A stretch of DNA of 64,000 bases from Narcine bancroftii (lineage: Eukaryota): positions 242,110,001 to 242,174,000 of the forward strand of contig NC_091470.1 of assembly GCF_036971445.1 (NCBI RefSeq), read 5' to 3'. Positions within the stretch are counted from its first letter, which is position 1, and the number at the start of each line of letters is the position of its first letter. The notes under the pieces are model-generated. The model did no database searches. It was not told the origin of the DNA and saw nothing but the letters and a program-made list of their open reading frames with translations. Position numbers and translations under genes: made by a program. Below are positions 22,655 to 36,403 of the stretch, in pieces.

Positions 22655-23235
22655 AGTTTTTATTTGGAATATTTTTTTAAAATTCCATACATTTAATTGA
22701 TATATCACTATGCAATAAAATAAGTGTTCAAACTACAGAAATTTTCATTCATTGCAGATAATGTAGTATCTTGGATTGTTCAGAGTATCCCCCCCCCCCC
22801 CCCCCCAACAGACTGGAACTCAACAGATTTTATATGAACATTTTCATTTTAAGGAAGAAGGTTAACACAGGACAAAGAGGCTGGAAGAACATTTCGACAT
22901 ATTTATACCCAAAATTTGTGTATACGGGCTCCAAATTTGCAAAAATATAGGGAATTTTTTTTCTAAAGGGATACAGCTTTGGAGTTTTGCATTCCATCTT
23001 CCCACATCTATATATAAATCTGATTTCCAAGTCACTGCAATGCATTTCCTTGCTACTGTCAATGCTATTTTAACAAATTTTATTTGATATGTTGACAATT
23101 TTAATTTGGATGTTGTTCTTTTTGTTTCCCAATAGAAATAAATCTAGGTTTAATGGAAATAGTGTACCTGTAACTTGTCCTAAAAACTCGTAAATCCAGA
23201 AAGGTTTTCCACCTTAGGACATGACCAAGTTGAAT
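22655..23235 (-). mobile_element. 3' end fragment of an L1
   Basis: Minus ORF IALTVARKCIAVTWKS..CIPLEK, similar to the ORF2 C-terminus at 9956-10186; T-rich tail with TTTATT. Confidence 0.75.
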
Positions 23236-23582
23236 GCAAAAAAAGTATCTCTTCATTGATCTGATCTATCTGATTTCATCCTATTCAATTTCTGTGGTGT
23301 TAGTTTCTTATTTGTTAACAAGCAATTGTATTTGTCAGAATATCAACTTGAGCCCTGAAATGTTTAGTTGGAGGGGAGGGAAATCCTGTGTGTATTTAAA
23401 ATTAGATAAACTAGATAGACCAGAGTGCCATTAGCAAAAACATGGAACTTGACACCATGGCAACACAATGAATGAGGGACATTATTATTTAAGGGACTCC
23501 AAAAGAGAGTGGAAAGAACCTGTTTTAATAAGTCGGGAAGAATGTGAAATAACTACTTTTGTTTTTCAGCCACCTTTTCCTG

Positions 23583-23640
23583 ATGGCCACATGCAGCATT
23601 TTCATTCTGCTATTTCTGGTCTTTCAATGTGGAGCTGAAG
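23583..23640 (+). CDS. acvr1l: acvr1l coding exon 1: signal peptide (exon starts at 23570)
   Basis: Acceptor TTTTGTTTTTCAG|. Encodes hydrophobic MATCSIFILLFLVFQCGAE. Phase-1 donor AAG|GCAAGT joins the next exon as GAT (Asp). Confidence 0.78.
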
Positions 23641-23791
23641 GCAAGTTAAATACAAAATTAAGTAATCATTGCTTCCATTTTTTCCCCCACTGTGGGTTTG
23701 TCAAATGTGTACAAATTGTTATTTTTCCTGTTTTAAAAATGTTATATTTAGGCCATTGGACACATTAAATTGTAACTCACCAATATTGGTA

Positions 23792-24564
23792 CAGGTACAT
23801 AATCTTTTATCTGAAACTCTTGGGACCAGCCACTTTTTGGAATTTGGATTTTTTTTGGGTAATGGAATAATAGTAATGGTGGTACGTTAAGTAATTGCAC
23901 TGATTTCAGATTCATGCAAAACAAAGACAAACTCCAACTAGAGGGGTCCCTGGACCCGGGGCGGGGGGGGGGGGGGGGGGTGCGGAATATTCACGCTCAC
24001 TTTCAAAGTTCAGTTCTTCATGGAATTTTCTATTATGTTTCATAACAATCAAACCAGTCAGTGGTATTCGTTCACTTCTTCGTTGTCAAACCCACTCAAT
24101 CAGAACGTGATCAAGATCTGAGGTTTTTTTGCCCTATGCAATGTCTTCCTACTTTTCATTAGTTTCTGGTCATCACTATCACTATAAAACTTTAACAACT
24201 TATCTTTCTGCTTCTTTAAGTCATATATGGTGGTAGTTCCCACACCATAATCTTCAGTAAGATGCCGCACAGATACACCACGATCAAGCTTCTGCAATAA
24301 CTCTACTTTCTGCGCTATTGATAATAACAGATGGTTTCTTTTCTGCTTCTCTCCATTACCCGTAGGGGACTCTGCAGCTTTTTTTCACATTTTCAGTCTT
24401 CAAAGACTGAGCAGCAGAGGCACATCTGACTGGTAGGAGCACTGAGACACGGTGCTGGATGGGGGTGGGTTGCATTGGAGCCAAGCACGAGCTTTGGCGT
24501 GCAGACAACATCCATGGAAAAAATGTTTGGTTTTCAGAATTTTGGATGAAAGATTATGTACCTG
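23792..24564 (-). mobile_element. Internally deleted Tigger transposon retaining the N-terminal CENP-B/psq HTH coding region
   Basis: TIRs CAGGTACATAATCTTT(T/C)ATC with TA TSDs; minus ORF QKLDRGVSVRHLTEDYGVGTTTIYDLKKQKDKLLKF. Confidence 0.9.
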
Positions 24565-25124
24565 TATAAATGGGTATTCATGGATTGGCAGGGCCATTAA
24601 TTGGATGAAAGGGTCTGCCTTATGCTTTATGACCCCTACTTTAGCTTCAAGTAATCATCTCTATTTCTAGTTGCTGGTGTATTTATTTTTAATATGGCTT
24701 TGTGTGTGCCCTAACAATTATTTTTCTTTTCAATAGAATTCTCCCCTTTTGTGGAATGTTATTTTTTGTTAGTTTCTTACCAATGTTTGAAGGAAAAAAT
24801 GGGAAAATTCTGCAACAAAAAACCAATTGGGATAATAAAAATCTTCCCACAGCACTTTGGAGGGGGAAGGTGGGAGAAGAATACAAATAATATTGCTCAT
24901 CCTTCATCACCTTAAGGAAAGCAGAGACAACCATATTGCATTAAACTGGAGTCGTGTTGGGGCAGATCAGGTCTTTTCTATTGTGGACAATAAATGTAGA
25001 CCCATTTTCCAGCAAAATTTCATGGCCAACATGTTTTTCTGCTGAACTACATGTATCTAAATGTATTGAATTCATTTTCACAACTTGGGTGGGATTTGAA
25101 TCTCTGACCACTGAATTGCTGGTC

Positions 25125-25903
25125 AAATCACAAGATAGATTTGGCCTATCAAGTCTACTCCACTATGAGCTAAACCATTCTCATATATAGTTCCAATTTC
25201 CGGCCTTTTCCCCATATCCCTTGATACCTTGACTAATTAGATACCTATCAATCTCATCCAATGATCGGGCCTCCACAGCTGTAAGTGGTAAAGAATTCCA
25301 CAAATCCACGACCCTCTGACTAAAGAAATTTCTCCTCATTTCTGTTTTAAATGGGCACCCTCTAATTCTAAGACTGTACTGTCTTGTCCTGGGCTCACCC
25401 TCCAAGGGAAACAACGTATTCACTTCTTCTCTGTCCAATCCTTTCAGCATTCAAAAGGTTTCTGTGAAATCCCCTCATTCTTCTATACTCCAATGAATAA
25501 AGTGCAAGAGCCGATAAATGCTCCTTATATGTTAGATTTTGCATTCCAGGAATCATCCTTGTAAATCTTCTCTGAACTCTCTCCAACATCAGTCCATCCG
25601 TTCGAAGATAAGGGCCCGAAAACCACATGCAATATTCCAAATGAGGTCTCACCAGTGCCCCATAGAGACTCATCAACACCTCTTTACTCTTATACACTGT
25701 TCCTCTTGAAATGATTGCCAACATTTTCTTTAGTGCCATTCTAACCTGGTGGGTATCCTGCACGAGGACCCCCATGTCCCTATGCACTTCTGAATTTTGA
25801 ATTTTCAATTTTCTCCCCATCCAAATAATAATATGCCTGTTTATATCTTCTTCCAAAATGTACAATTGTACATTTCTCAATATTTAATCTCATCTGCCAT
25901 TTT
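25125..25903 (-). mobile_element. CR1 LINE 3' fragment
   Basis: LYGALVRPHLEYC, LERVQRRFTRMIPG, RRNFFSQRVVDLWNSLP. Confidence 0.88.
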
Positions 25904-26245
25904 GTTTACTGTGTCTTTTTACCCATTAATAAATTACCTAATTTCTTATGTGTGAAATTTGACTTTGTTAAAAATATAACAAAGTATTTCTTCTTCTGAA
26001 GTCCAAATGTCAATGGGACAACCAGTTTTACTGAGGATTTTATCAACTTGATGGCTGTGGAAACATTGACAAAAAAAAGATTAAATGGTGTGTTTTTGGC
26101 ATGGCTTATTGAGAGGACAAAAACAAAGTCACTTAAATAAATAAAAATCTCTCCAGAGCTAGTGTGGAACTATGCAAGATAACTGCATGTGGTCCCCAAA
26201 ATATTGCTTGTTTTGTATAAAGTGGTTTTGTCTCATTAAGTAATA

Positions 26246-26426
26246 CAAGCAAACCCCGCTTTATGAATACTCTACAAAAATTAGCTTGTACAAAGAAACC
26301 AGTGTTCGTTTTTTCCTTTTACGAACATTGCCTCCGATAGTAGTCAATGGGTCTTTGCTTTATGAATTTTCGGTTTACGAATGGTTTGTCAGGAATGCTC
26401 TACCTTCATGAAGCAGGGTATACTTG
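26246..26426. mobile_element. Tigger-like MITE
   Basis: TA|CAAGCAAACCCCGCTTTATGAA ... TTCATGAAGCAGGGTATACTTG imperfect TIRs. Confidence 0.6.
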
Positions 26427-26663
26427 AACAGGTGTTTTATTGGGATAATGTTGTTTGGTTAGGCTGACATTGGCAGGGAATGGTGGATTCATCAAAATAG
26501 TCCTTTCCCCAGTTGGGAAAATTGCCATTTATAGTAAGTGGCAATGTGGTAGGCTTTTACACTTTTTTAAAAAAATTGATAAATATGATTTTATGTTGAA
26601 TTTTAAAGATGCTTGTTATCTTTTGGGTGTTGTATAAATTGTAATTTTTTTGTATGTGCATAG

Positions 26664-26915
26664 ATAACGACAATCCAAGCCAGTTTCAATGTGTCTGTGA
26701 GGGTAATTCATGTGGGAGGCCTGTATGCTATGGCCAACCATGTTTTGCTTCAGTGATACAAAATGGAGAGGTTCCTGTGTACAGAAAAGGTTGCTTCAAT
26801 GATGACCAAAGTGGACTAATGTGCAAGACCCCACCCTCGGAAACACAAGTTGTGCAGTGTTGCAATGGAAATCTGTGCAATAGGAATATGACAGCAATGC
26901 CACTTCTTTCTCAAG
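26664..26915 (+). CDS. acvr1l: acvr1l coding exon 2: Cys-rich ligand-binding ectodomain
   Basis: TAG| acceptor and G|GTAAAA donor. Ten cysteines (CVCEG..CCNGNLCN) and the N-glycan sequon NMT. Confidence 0.95.
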
Positions 26916-28902
26916 GTAAAAAAAAATCATGAATTTTGGTGTGTGTACTTTCTTCTTAATTTTAACTGTGTTTTTGCATTATGTTTAAGCATCACTTAAT
27001 GTCCACAAAGTAGTAATTGCTGCACCAATATGTTAATAAAGAAAATGCATCCCTGAGTTGGGCTCCCATCTTGGTCAAGCCTTGAAGGAAATATGACATT
27101 CTTCGAATGGAAGAAAATAGCCAGTTTCCATTTTAAGGAATGGGATGTGTGCAACAAGTCCTGTAGGCTCACTACAAGAAACAATGTGCCCCCTTAAGTT
27201 TAGAAGGAGGGATTGAGACACAAATTAACCCACAGAGAAGTGCTCGAGAAGCCTGAAGGAAACCTGCAAATTCTTTCAAAAACTGTTTAAAAATAGATCT
27301 TATTCGTTAATTCTGCAATTTAAAATGTTCATCTGATCAAGATGTTGTAAGCGTCAATATAATTTTAAAATTATTGCTAATAGGATCTTCACACCAATTT
27401 TTGGAGAAGAAAGTTTGTGCAAAGTTATTCACTTTGAGTCACCTTTAAAACTGGTGATTTAAAAAAAAAATAGGTATTTTGTAAGCTCTTCATGCACAAT
27501 ATGTGATAGTTCAATCCCCAAAGAAATGTTTGAGTACTAAGTAACAACCGATGAAGGTCAAGCTGTACACAGGGGAAACAAAACATTATATTTAAATTCA
27601 AAATCCAGGAATGAAAAGGATATACAGAATGTATAAATAATGGGGTGGATTCTACGTGTGCTGTATAATAGAACGGCTTTGGTATTTTTGGTATTGATGC
27701 ACTGTTAATGAGTGGAGAAAAGTGAAATTGTGTTAGACATCAATCGCAGCTCCTAATGTTTGTGAAACTAGATTACAAAATGGACACCGATTTGTTAGAT
27801 TAGCTGTTAAATGTAACAAGAAAGTGGCAATTTTGAACGTGTGCGGTATAAACAGTCTAGACTACACTGTAAACATAGGATCTTTACTTCTGAGGTGGAG
27901 GTAATTAATCAATAAATAGGCTTTTTATAGACAGGAAAGATTTCCTTGGCCCTTTATTTTTTATTTTTCATATTAGCGTGTTGAAAGACCCCTAGAGCAC
28001 AAAAATAAGCCCTTCGGAATACAACAAATCATAAGGTTCCCAGTACTACTTCTCATCATGGACTTCCAATTATAATAACAGCCCCACCCCACAATCATCC
28101 AAAGCAAATTTTGGAGCCAATCTGCTCTGCATCCAAGGACCTGAAACTATGGGGGACTTTGACAAAATCCATGTTGATCGTCTGAAGTCCATTGTCAAGT
28201 GACTGCACTGTCCTTATCAATAGTCTTTGCTACTGCTCTGAAAAATTAAGTTCAATTAGTCAGGCAGATTTTATTGTTCATTCAGCTGGCAACTCAAAAG
28301 ATTTAATAATCTTGCAATTTAGAATATTGGTCACAAACTCCAAAATGCTGTCTCGCTGACATTTCAGGTATCTGTGTGGTTACATTCTCTAACATTAGGT
28401 CCAATATTGCCCTTTCTCTAGTGGGCCAATATATGTACTGGATGAGAATGTTCACAGGATGTATTTTAATAATTTCACCCCATCTGAGATTTTCAGTGGT
28501 TCAACTTCAAAGAGGGAGGAGCAAGAGTCCAAGGAATAATAGCAGTAGGAAACTTGACATTGAAGAAAATAGATGACACTTCAGCTGTAGAATGAATCCA
28601 AGCTGGTGTGGCGCTGGGGTGACATGGCATTTGGGAGGGAGGGCCAAACAGCTGAAGGTCATAGTTCACTTTGGCCCTGTCACCATTGGTCAAAGAAAAA
28701 TAAGGATATTCAGCATGAATTTTTGGGGGTGGGGGGGGGGTCTCGGTAGCAAATTAAAGAAAAGGTTGTAATACATGGGTTACTTCTGATGCCACATGCT
28801 GAGGCACAGGCCAGGTGAATGGCTAAATGGATAGTGTGGGGGAAGACCTTTAGCTGTGTGGATCGAATTTTGTTGAAGACAAATAGTTTTGAGGATTTGT
28901 AG

Positions 28903-30020
28903 AACATAAAACATTACTGCACAGTACAAGCCCTGCGGCTCTCAATGTTTTTCTGACCAATGGAAACCTACTCAACAAACAAATCTTCCCATTACCCTCT
29001 TTTTTGTATACATATGCCTGACTAAGAGTCTTTTAAAAGTCCCTACATCAGCCTTCACTACCACCCTTGGCAATGCATTCCAAGCACCCATTACTCTCTA
29101 TGTAAAAATAAAACTTGCTCTTGTCATCTCCACTAAACTTTCCTCCCCTCACCTTGTAAAGATGTCCTCTGGGATTTGGTACTCTGTCCAGGGAAAAAGG
29201 TGCCCGCTGTCCACCCTATCTATCCCTATGATAGATCTCTCATCCTTTGCTCTAAAGCAGTGGTTCTCAACCTCTCCACTCACATACCACTTTAAGTATT
29301 CCCTATGCCATAGGTGCTCTGTGATTAGTAAGGGATTGCTTAAGGTGGTATGTGAATGGAAAGAAAAAGTTTGAAAACCACTGTTTTAATCGTACCTAAC
29401 TGAATCGTTATGTGCATGGTTTCATAACTCCAAAGGGAATAGGCCACTGACCATTTTTCTCAAGCAAAATATTTCAGTGACAATTGGGTCTAGAGCGGTG
29501 ATTCTCAACTTTCCCTTCCCACTCACATACCACCTTAAGCAATCCCTTACTAATCACAGAGCGCTGATGGCATAGGGATTACTTAATGTGAATGGAAAGA
29601 AAAAGGTTGAGAGCCACTGCTCTAAAGAGAAAAGCACTTGCTCTATTAACTTTGCCTCATAAGACATGTTCTCTAATCCAGGTTTCATTCTGGTAAGTCT
29701 TCTCTGCACCCTCTCCATAACTTCCACATGCTTCTTGTAAAGAGGTTACCAGAATCAAACACAATATTTCAAGTGTGGTCTAACCAGAGTTTCAGAGAAC
29801 TGCAACATTATCTTTTGCTCAATCCCCCAGTGAATGAAGCCTTTTTAACTAACCTATCAACTTCCCCTGACAACCTTGAGAGATGTATGGATTCTTTCAC
29901 ACTGTTTAAAATCCTGCTATTAACCATGTATTCTGCCTTTTAAGTTTAACTTTCTAATGTGCATCACTTCACGCAGTGGATTGAACTCCAATTTTTACTT
30001 TTATGCCCAACTCCATATCC
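28903..30020 (-). mobile_element. Degenerate CR1 LINE 3' fragment (host of the hAT MITE)
   Basis: Similar to the CR1 copies at 47089 and 61446 (TTCCAAGCACCCATTACTCTCT, CAAGTGTGGTCTAACCAG). Confidence 0.7.
29258..29619. mobile_element. Composite hAT MITE, complete copy in opposite orientation to 1788-2150
   Basis: CAGTGGTTCTCAACC..GGTTGAGAGCCACTG; 8-bp TSD CTCTAAAG at 29250-29257 and 29620-29627. Confidence 0.92.
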
Positions 30021-30555
30021 TGTTGTTTAGTCCTTGCACCCACAAGAGACATTACTTTTGAAATAGAAACTTCCTCCACATGTAAAGAGGGATTCAATGG
30101 GGTAAAAAGGTTGGCATTATGGAAAATCACAATATGGACATCTTCCAGCAGCACAGTCCCGATGTAATGTGGAAATACTCAGTGCTAAACTTGATCCCAG
30201 AAACTTGTAGGTTTTATTGTAAGGGGGTGAATGTTCAGAATGGGGAAGTGTTATTGGACTGGGAAAAGGGAAGAACATGCCTGCAGTTCTGTGCACAATT
30301 TGGCCCAATTATTTAAAAAAGGATGTATTGACATTGGAGTAAATTCAAAAGAGATTAATCAATCCGTCCTTCTAACAAACCATTCCTTTCCTTCTCTGAT
30401 TTAGAGATCTATCTTTTTTAGGCCTCTTCCCCCCGCCCCCCCCCCGCCCCCCATCACGTCAGCATCTTTCTCTTTTTCTCTCCCTCTTGTACCAAATTAT
30501 TAATTCTTGCCTGTTAGCTTGTGTTCATTCCCCAACATTTTTATTTAGATGCCTG

Positions 30556-33500
30556 TGTAGAGGCAGCTACCCTGCTCCTGAAAGAACACACACAACCAGA
30601 CGGGTTGAGATCAGTGAGCAGACTAGTTTATTGCAGGCTGCTGGGCTGCACTTATACTCCCAGCCCGAACCTGGCTGAGAACCGCACTGATGTCACCCAG
30701 GCATCACGTGGTCCCCCAGCGCGGGCTTCTGAGCCCTGTGCTGGGAGGAAGGGAAAACCCCCGACGGTGCCATTTTGGCCAGCTGCCCCGCCGCATGGCT
30801 TATAAGTAGGGCCGGTTCGCCTACCAAGTCCAGGTATGCCCTGAGGTGAGAAAGTAGTTCGTGCGGCGACCGCTGGGGATTGTGAGGTGCATTGACGAAG
30901 GCACCAGGTAGTGCCAGCGGCGCACTGTAGACCAGCTCAGCTGATGATGCCTGCAGATCTTCCTTGGGAGTGGAGAGGATGCCCAGGAGCACCTAAGGCA
31001 GTTCGTCCACCCAGTTGGGACCGGTGAAGCGGGCTATGAGTGCCGACTTAAGGTGGCGGTGCAGACGTTTGACCAGTCCATTGGCCTGCAGGTGGTAGGC
31101 CATGGTGCAGTGTAGCTGGATCTCCAACCTGTTGGCGAGCTGTGCCCAGAGCACAGATGTGAACTGGATGCCCCGATCGCTAGTGAGGTGAGCCGGAACA
31201 CCGAACCGGGTGACCCAACTGCAACAGTGCTTGGAAGCAGGAGTCATTCGAGGCGTCTGGCATGGGGATCACCTCGGGCCAGCGAGTGGTACGGTCCACC
31301 ATCGTAAACAGGCAATGGTTGCCCCGGGAAACAGGTAGGGTCCCGACGATGTCCACGTGAATGTGGCTGAACCATTACCGGAAGTGCTCAAACTCCTGTA
31401 AGGGTTCTCTGGTGTGCCTGTGCACCTTGGATTTCTGGCAATGGGTGCATGTTCTGGCCCAGCCCACGATCTGCTTCTGCAGCCCATGCCATACAAACCA
31501 TTCTGCTACCATCCGGACCGTGGACCTGATGGACGGATGTGAAAGGTCGTGGATGTGACGGAAGACCTGCCTGCACCACTACTGGGGAACCACTGGTCAC
31601 GGGGTGCCCATGGAGATATCGCACAGGATGGTGCCTTCGCCGCTCGGAGTCGGGAGGTCTCAGAACCGCAGACTTGGTATGGCAGTCTTGAAGGCCCTCG
31701 TCTCCTCATCAGACTTCTGGTCCCGGGTGAGCTGGTCGAAGTCAAGGTCGGGCGTCAGCGCGCAGATCGCCAGTCGTGAGAGGGCATCAGCAACCACATT
31801 GTCCTTCCCCGTCTTGTGTCAAATGTCGGTGGTAAATTCCGACGTGAAAGAGAGGTGATGCTGCTGGTGGGCCGACCAGGGATCCTTTGCCATCGCGAGT
31901 GCCTGGGTGAGGGATTTGTGGTCAGCGAAGATGGTAAAAGTCCTCCTCTCCAAAAAAGAGCGGAAATGACGCACCACCAGGTACATGCCCAGTAACTCAC
32001 GGTCGAAGGTACTATACTTGCGTTCCGATGGGCGGAGCAGGCAGCTAAAGAATGCCAGCGGCTTCCAATGTCCATTCACCTGCTGCTTCACGACGGCACC
32101 GAAGGCTGTGACAGAGGCATCGACAGAGAGTGCCATATGGAGGTCGGTGTGCGGGTAGGCGAGCATGATGGCCTTCGTGAGGGCATCCTTGGTGACCTCG
32201 AAAGCGGTACAGGCTTCTGGGTTCCAAGTGAGCATTTTGTGCTTGGCTGCGATGAAGGCGAATAGTGGCTGCATGATGCACGCAGCTCCCGGGATGAAGC
32301 GGTTGTAAAAATTGACCATACCCACGAACTCCTGCAGCCCCTTGAGGCTGTCCGGGCGTGGGAACCTCCTGATAGAGGCGACCTTCGCAGCGGCGGGCGT
32401 AGCTCCTTTGGTAGTGATGGTATGACCCAGGAACTGCATGGACTCTTTCCCGATCTGGCACTTGGCCGGGTTGATGGTAAGGCCGAAGTCAGCCAGCCGG
32501 GAGAAAAGGGCGCGTTGGTGGGCCTTGTGTTGTGCCTGGTCCTTGTTGACAACAAGGATGTCGTCCAAATAAATAAAGATGAAATCCAAGTCCCTGCCCA
32601 CAGAGTCCATGAGGCGCTGGAAGGTCTGAGCGGCGTTCTTGAGCCCGAACGGTATGCGCAGGAATTTGAACAAGCCAAAGGGGGTGATGATGGCCATCTT
32701 GGGTATGTCCTCATGTTGCATTGGGATCTGGTGATAACAGCACACCAGGTCAACCTTGGAGAAAACCCTCGCACCGTGCAGGTTGGCCGTAAAGTATTGG
32801 ATGTGAGGGATGGGGTAACGGTTAGGAACTGTTGCCTCATTGAGCCGTCTGTAGTCTCCGCAGGGTCGCCAGGCGCCGGAGGCTTTCGGGGCCAGTTGCA
32901 GCCCACAGGCTGTCGGACCGCCAAATGATCCCCACTTTCAACAGGTGCGAAAACTCCTCCTTCGCCACCTGGAGCTTGTCAGGTGGGAGCCGGCGTGCCT
33001 TGGTGTGAACCAGTGGGCCCTGGGTGGGGATGTGGTGGAATACCCTATGGTGTGGCAAGGCAGTGGAGAACTGTGGCTTGAGGAGTGTCAGGAACTCATC
33101 CAGGATTCGCTGGAACTCATCTCTGGGCGTGCTGATCGTGGCATCTGCAGTTGCTCCTAGCGGGAGGCGTCGAGGCGAACGGCCTGGAAGGTACGGACGT
33201 CTACCAGATGCCTACCTCGAATGTCCACCAGAAACTTGTGTGCAAGGATGAAGTCTGCACCCAGGATGGTGGTCAGAAGGAACGAGGCAGTGAACCTCCA
33301 CACGAAATTTTGTTGGCCGATCTGGAACTGGACTGTCTTGTCTCCATACGTCCGGATTTCTGTTGCGTTGGCCGCACGGAGGGGAGGTCCACGGGGATGG
33401 TTCCTGGACTCGACGTTCGTGGCCTGGATGACGCTGATCTGGGCTCCAATGTCAACGAGGAACCGCCGGCCGCTGACGGAGTCCCGCAGGTAGAAGAGGC

Positions 33501-34904
33501 TCTGTCCTTGGCCAGTCGCCACAGCCATTAACAGCGACCGGCTTGATCGTTTCCCTGGAATGAGCAGGGCTGACAACACTTTTGAGCCTTGGCTCCCCAG
33601 CGCTGGTCAACTTTTACAACCGCTTCATCCCAGGAGCTGCGTGCATCATGCAGCCACTATTCGCCTTCATCTCAGCCAAGCACAAAATGCTCACTTGGAA
33701 CCCAGAAGCCTGTACCGCTTTCGAGGTCACCAAGGATGCCCTCGCGAAGGCCACCATGCTCGCCCACCCGCACACCGACCTCCATATGGCACTCTCATTT
33801 GATGCCTCTGTCACAGCCTTCGGTGCTGTTGTGAAGCAGTAGGTGAATGGACATTGGAAGCCGCTGGCATTCTTCAGCTGCCTGCTCCGCCTATCGGAAC
33901 GCAAGTATAGTACCTTCGACCGTGAGTTACTGGGCACCAGAGACCTGGAGCGGATGCTGTGGCCTTGATTATGCTCTTGGGGGCCCCTGCAGGGGCCAGA
34001 TACTCTACCACAGCGCTAGGGGCGGGCTTGACGTGGTCGTGCCCGTGCCTCGTGACCTGCTGGACCGCTGAGCCCTCCGTGAATCGTGCGAGCCATAGCT
34101 CTTGGGCCTTCTGGGCGACCTTTCTCGGCTCGGTGAAGCACTCCTGGACCAGCAGCAGCCAGATGTCCCCGGGCATATGCTCGAGAAAAATGTGCTCAAA
34201 GAGTAGGTAGTTGGTGTGATCACCCATGTGTGTGAGTATCTCGTCCATCAGCTCCATCGGGGGCCAGTACCCCAGGACGTCGAGGTGCAGCATCTGAGAG
34301 GCACGCTGGTGCCTGGATAGTCCAAGGGATCCAGTATGCACTTGCTTGATGGTCTCGTATTTGTCTTCGGCAGGAGGGTGCTGAGCGAGGTGCAGCACAC
34401 GTCTGGCGGTGGCCTGGTCAAGGGCAGCGACCACATGGTGGAATTTGGTCGTGTCCGACAAAATCTGGCGGAGGTGAAACTGAGCCTCCGTGTGGCCGAA
34501 CCAGGTCTCCGACTCCTGAACCCAGAATTCAGGCAGTTTCACGGCTATAGCGCTGATCCCAGGCTCGCTCATGATGGGTTCAAAGATGTTTGAACCAGTT
34601 GGGGTCACCAATTGTAGTGGCGGCTCCACTGCTCCTGCAATAACGCACACAAACAACCAGATGGGTTGAGCTCAGTGAGCAGACTAGTTTATTGCAGGCT
34701 GCTGTGCTGCACTTATATTCCCAGCCTGGACCTGGCTGAGAACCGTGCTGACGTCACCCGGGCATCACGTGGTCCCCCAGCGCAAGCTTCTGAGCCCCGT
34801 GCTGGGAGGAAGGGAAAATCTCCGATGGCGCCATTTTGGCCAGCTGCTCTGCTGTGTGGCTTACAAGCGGGGCCGGTTTGCCTGCCTAGTGGTGTGCCGC
34901 CACA
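30556..34904 (-). mobile_element. Ty3/Gypsy LTR retrotransposon (gag-PR-RT-RH-IN), defective
   Basis: TSD CCTG (30552-30555 and 34905-34908). 5' LTR 34613-34904; 3' LTR 30556-30825 clipped by a deletion. PBS TGGTGACCCC (34601-34610) matches the tRNA-Trp 3' end. VKLPEFW gag, FLVDIGAQIS protease, YLDD RT, integrase motifs. Confidence 0.95.
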
Positions 34905-35735
34905 CCTGCCTGATTTTCAGCACTCTTGAAGAAGGGCTTTTTTTTTAACTTTGTGGTTGTTGTTTTTCTCCAGCACTTCGGTGCACTTCACTTGGCTAAT
35001 TCCTGTGATGATGTCATTGACTTGTCACAAACATTCTTTGAAGTTTTGGGGAATGAGGGTCATCTTATTGAAAGATCCTTCAGGGGAAGAACAGGGTAGG
35101 TGTCAACTTGTTTCCATTAAATGAAGGAAGTGGACATTTATAAGACAGTGGACATTTAAAACTGGTGTGTTTGATTTTTCACAGAAGATGGTTATTTTTC
35201 TGGCATTTCTACCCCAGAAGGTTGTGGAGGCGAGATCATTGGGGAGATGAAAGGAGCAACATTTTTTTGAAAGATCAAAGAAATCTGGATGATGGGGAGC
35301 TGGCTCTAAAAAGGTGTCACCTGAAATTAATTTCCAATATTGCATTGAATTCAGGACAGTCTTGAGGGGCTAAGTGACACACACCTCCTATTTTGAGTAG
35401 CTTCCAATCAAGTTTAAGGGAAGTCCATTTTCCAGATCGGAGGTGGTGAGTTTATGGGAGCAAAATAGTTCCTGTGGAAAATAGGTGAAAGATTCAGAAA
35501 TATTTGATGAGTGGGTGATTAAGATTCTGTTTATAGGTCAGGCAAGTGGCCTACATGTTTTTTCTCAGTTGATCTTTGTCTCGGAATTGGAATCAAAGTT
35601 AATTGAAAAGGAGATGATGAGCCACAATTTGACTGAATGGGAGAGCAGGCGCTATAGAAAATTTTTCTCTTGTTCCTACCTTCTCTTGTCTAAATCCTAC
35701 CAACCAGAAACTGTCAGCTTTATTCGATTGTAGTA

Positions 35736-36066
35736 CAGTAAAAGTCCTAAAATCCGGATTGCTCAGGGACTGGATCCGTTCAGATTTTTGGATTCTCGAG
35801 CAATACTTTTAAAATTTAAGAATAATGGAGATGAACAGGGGCATATGATGGTTTATTAGCAAAACGTTTTTTTCATATGAAATACAAAGTATAAAACAAC
35901 CAAATAAATATTTATTTGTTAATTTCAACTACTTAAGTGCATCTGTGACACTTTGACATGCATGCACACAAAAGCCCCCTAAATTTAAAAAGTTTGATAG
36001 TTTTCAAGAAGTCTGGATCCTTGGCTGGTCCTGATTTCTGGCTTCTGGATTTTGGGACTTTTACCG
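35736..36066. mobile_element. Tigger-like MITE
   Basis: TA|CAGTAAAAGTCCTAAAATCC ... GGATTTTGGGACTTTTACCG|TA. Confidence 0.82.
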
Positions 36067-36403
36067 TACAATAATGAATACATTGGATACCTGTAGGAGA
36101 TTCAAATGCTAGTCTGTAAATCATATTGATTTGGGATTTTCATTTCACAGTAGATATGGTGACAAGCAACAATGGTATTGCTCCTTCTTCCTTCTCGTTG
36201 TCTTCCTGCACTGAATTTACATTTTACCTTTTGACAAAAATCTCATAAGGAGCTATTCTAAAATGCAGATAAAACATAAAAATGCACTGAGATCTCCTTG
36301 TTTGCATGTAATTGTGTGATTTTTTTTTTAAGCAAGAAAGTTATGAAAAATGTTCAAGCTGTCTGCAAATAGTGACAATGAACTGGATTTTTTTTTGTTT
36401 CAG

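Noticed and set aside
22789-22806. Long C/G homopolymers (also near 17596, 23964 and 48705)
   Set aside because: Common slippage or sequencing-sensitive runs with no further structure.
24100-24297. Jerky/TIGD-like host gene
   Set aside because: Only the HTH fragment, bounded by TIRs and TA TSDs; it is a deleted Tigger transposon.
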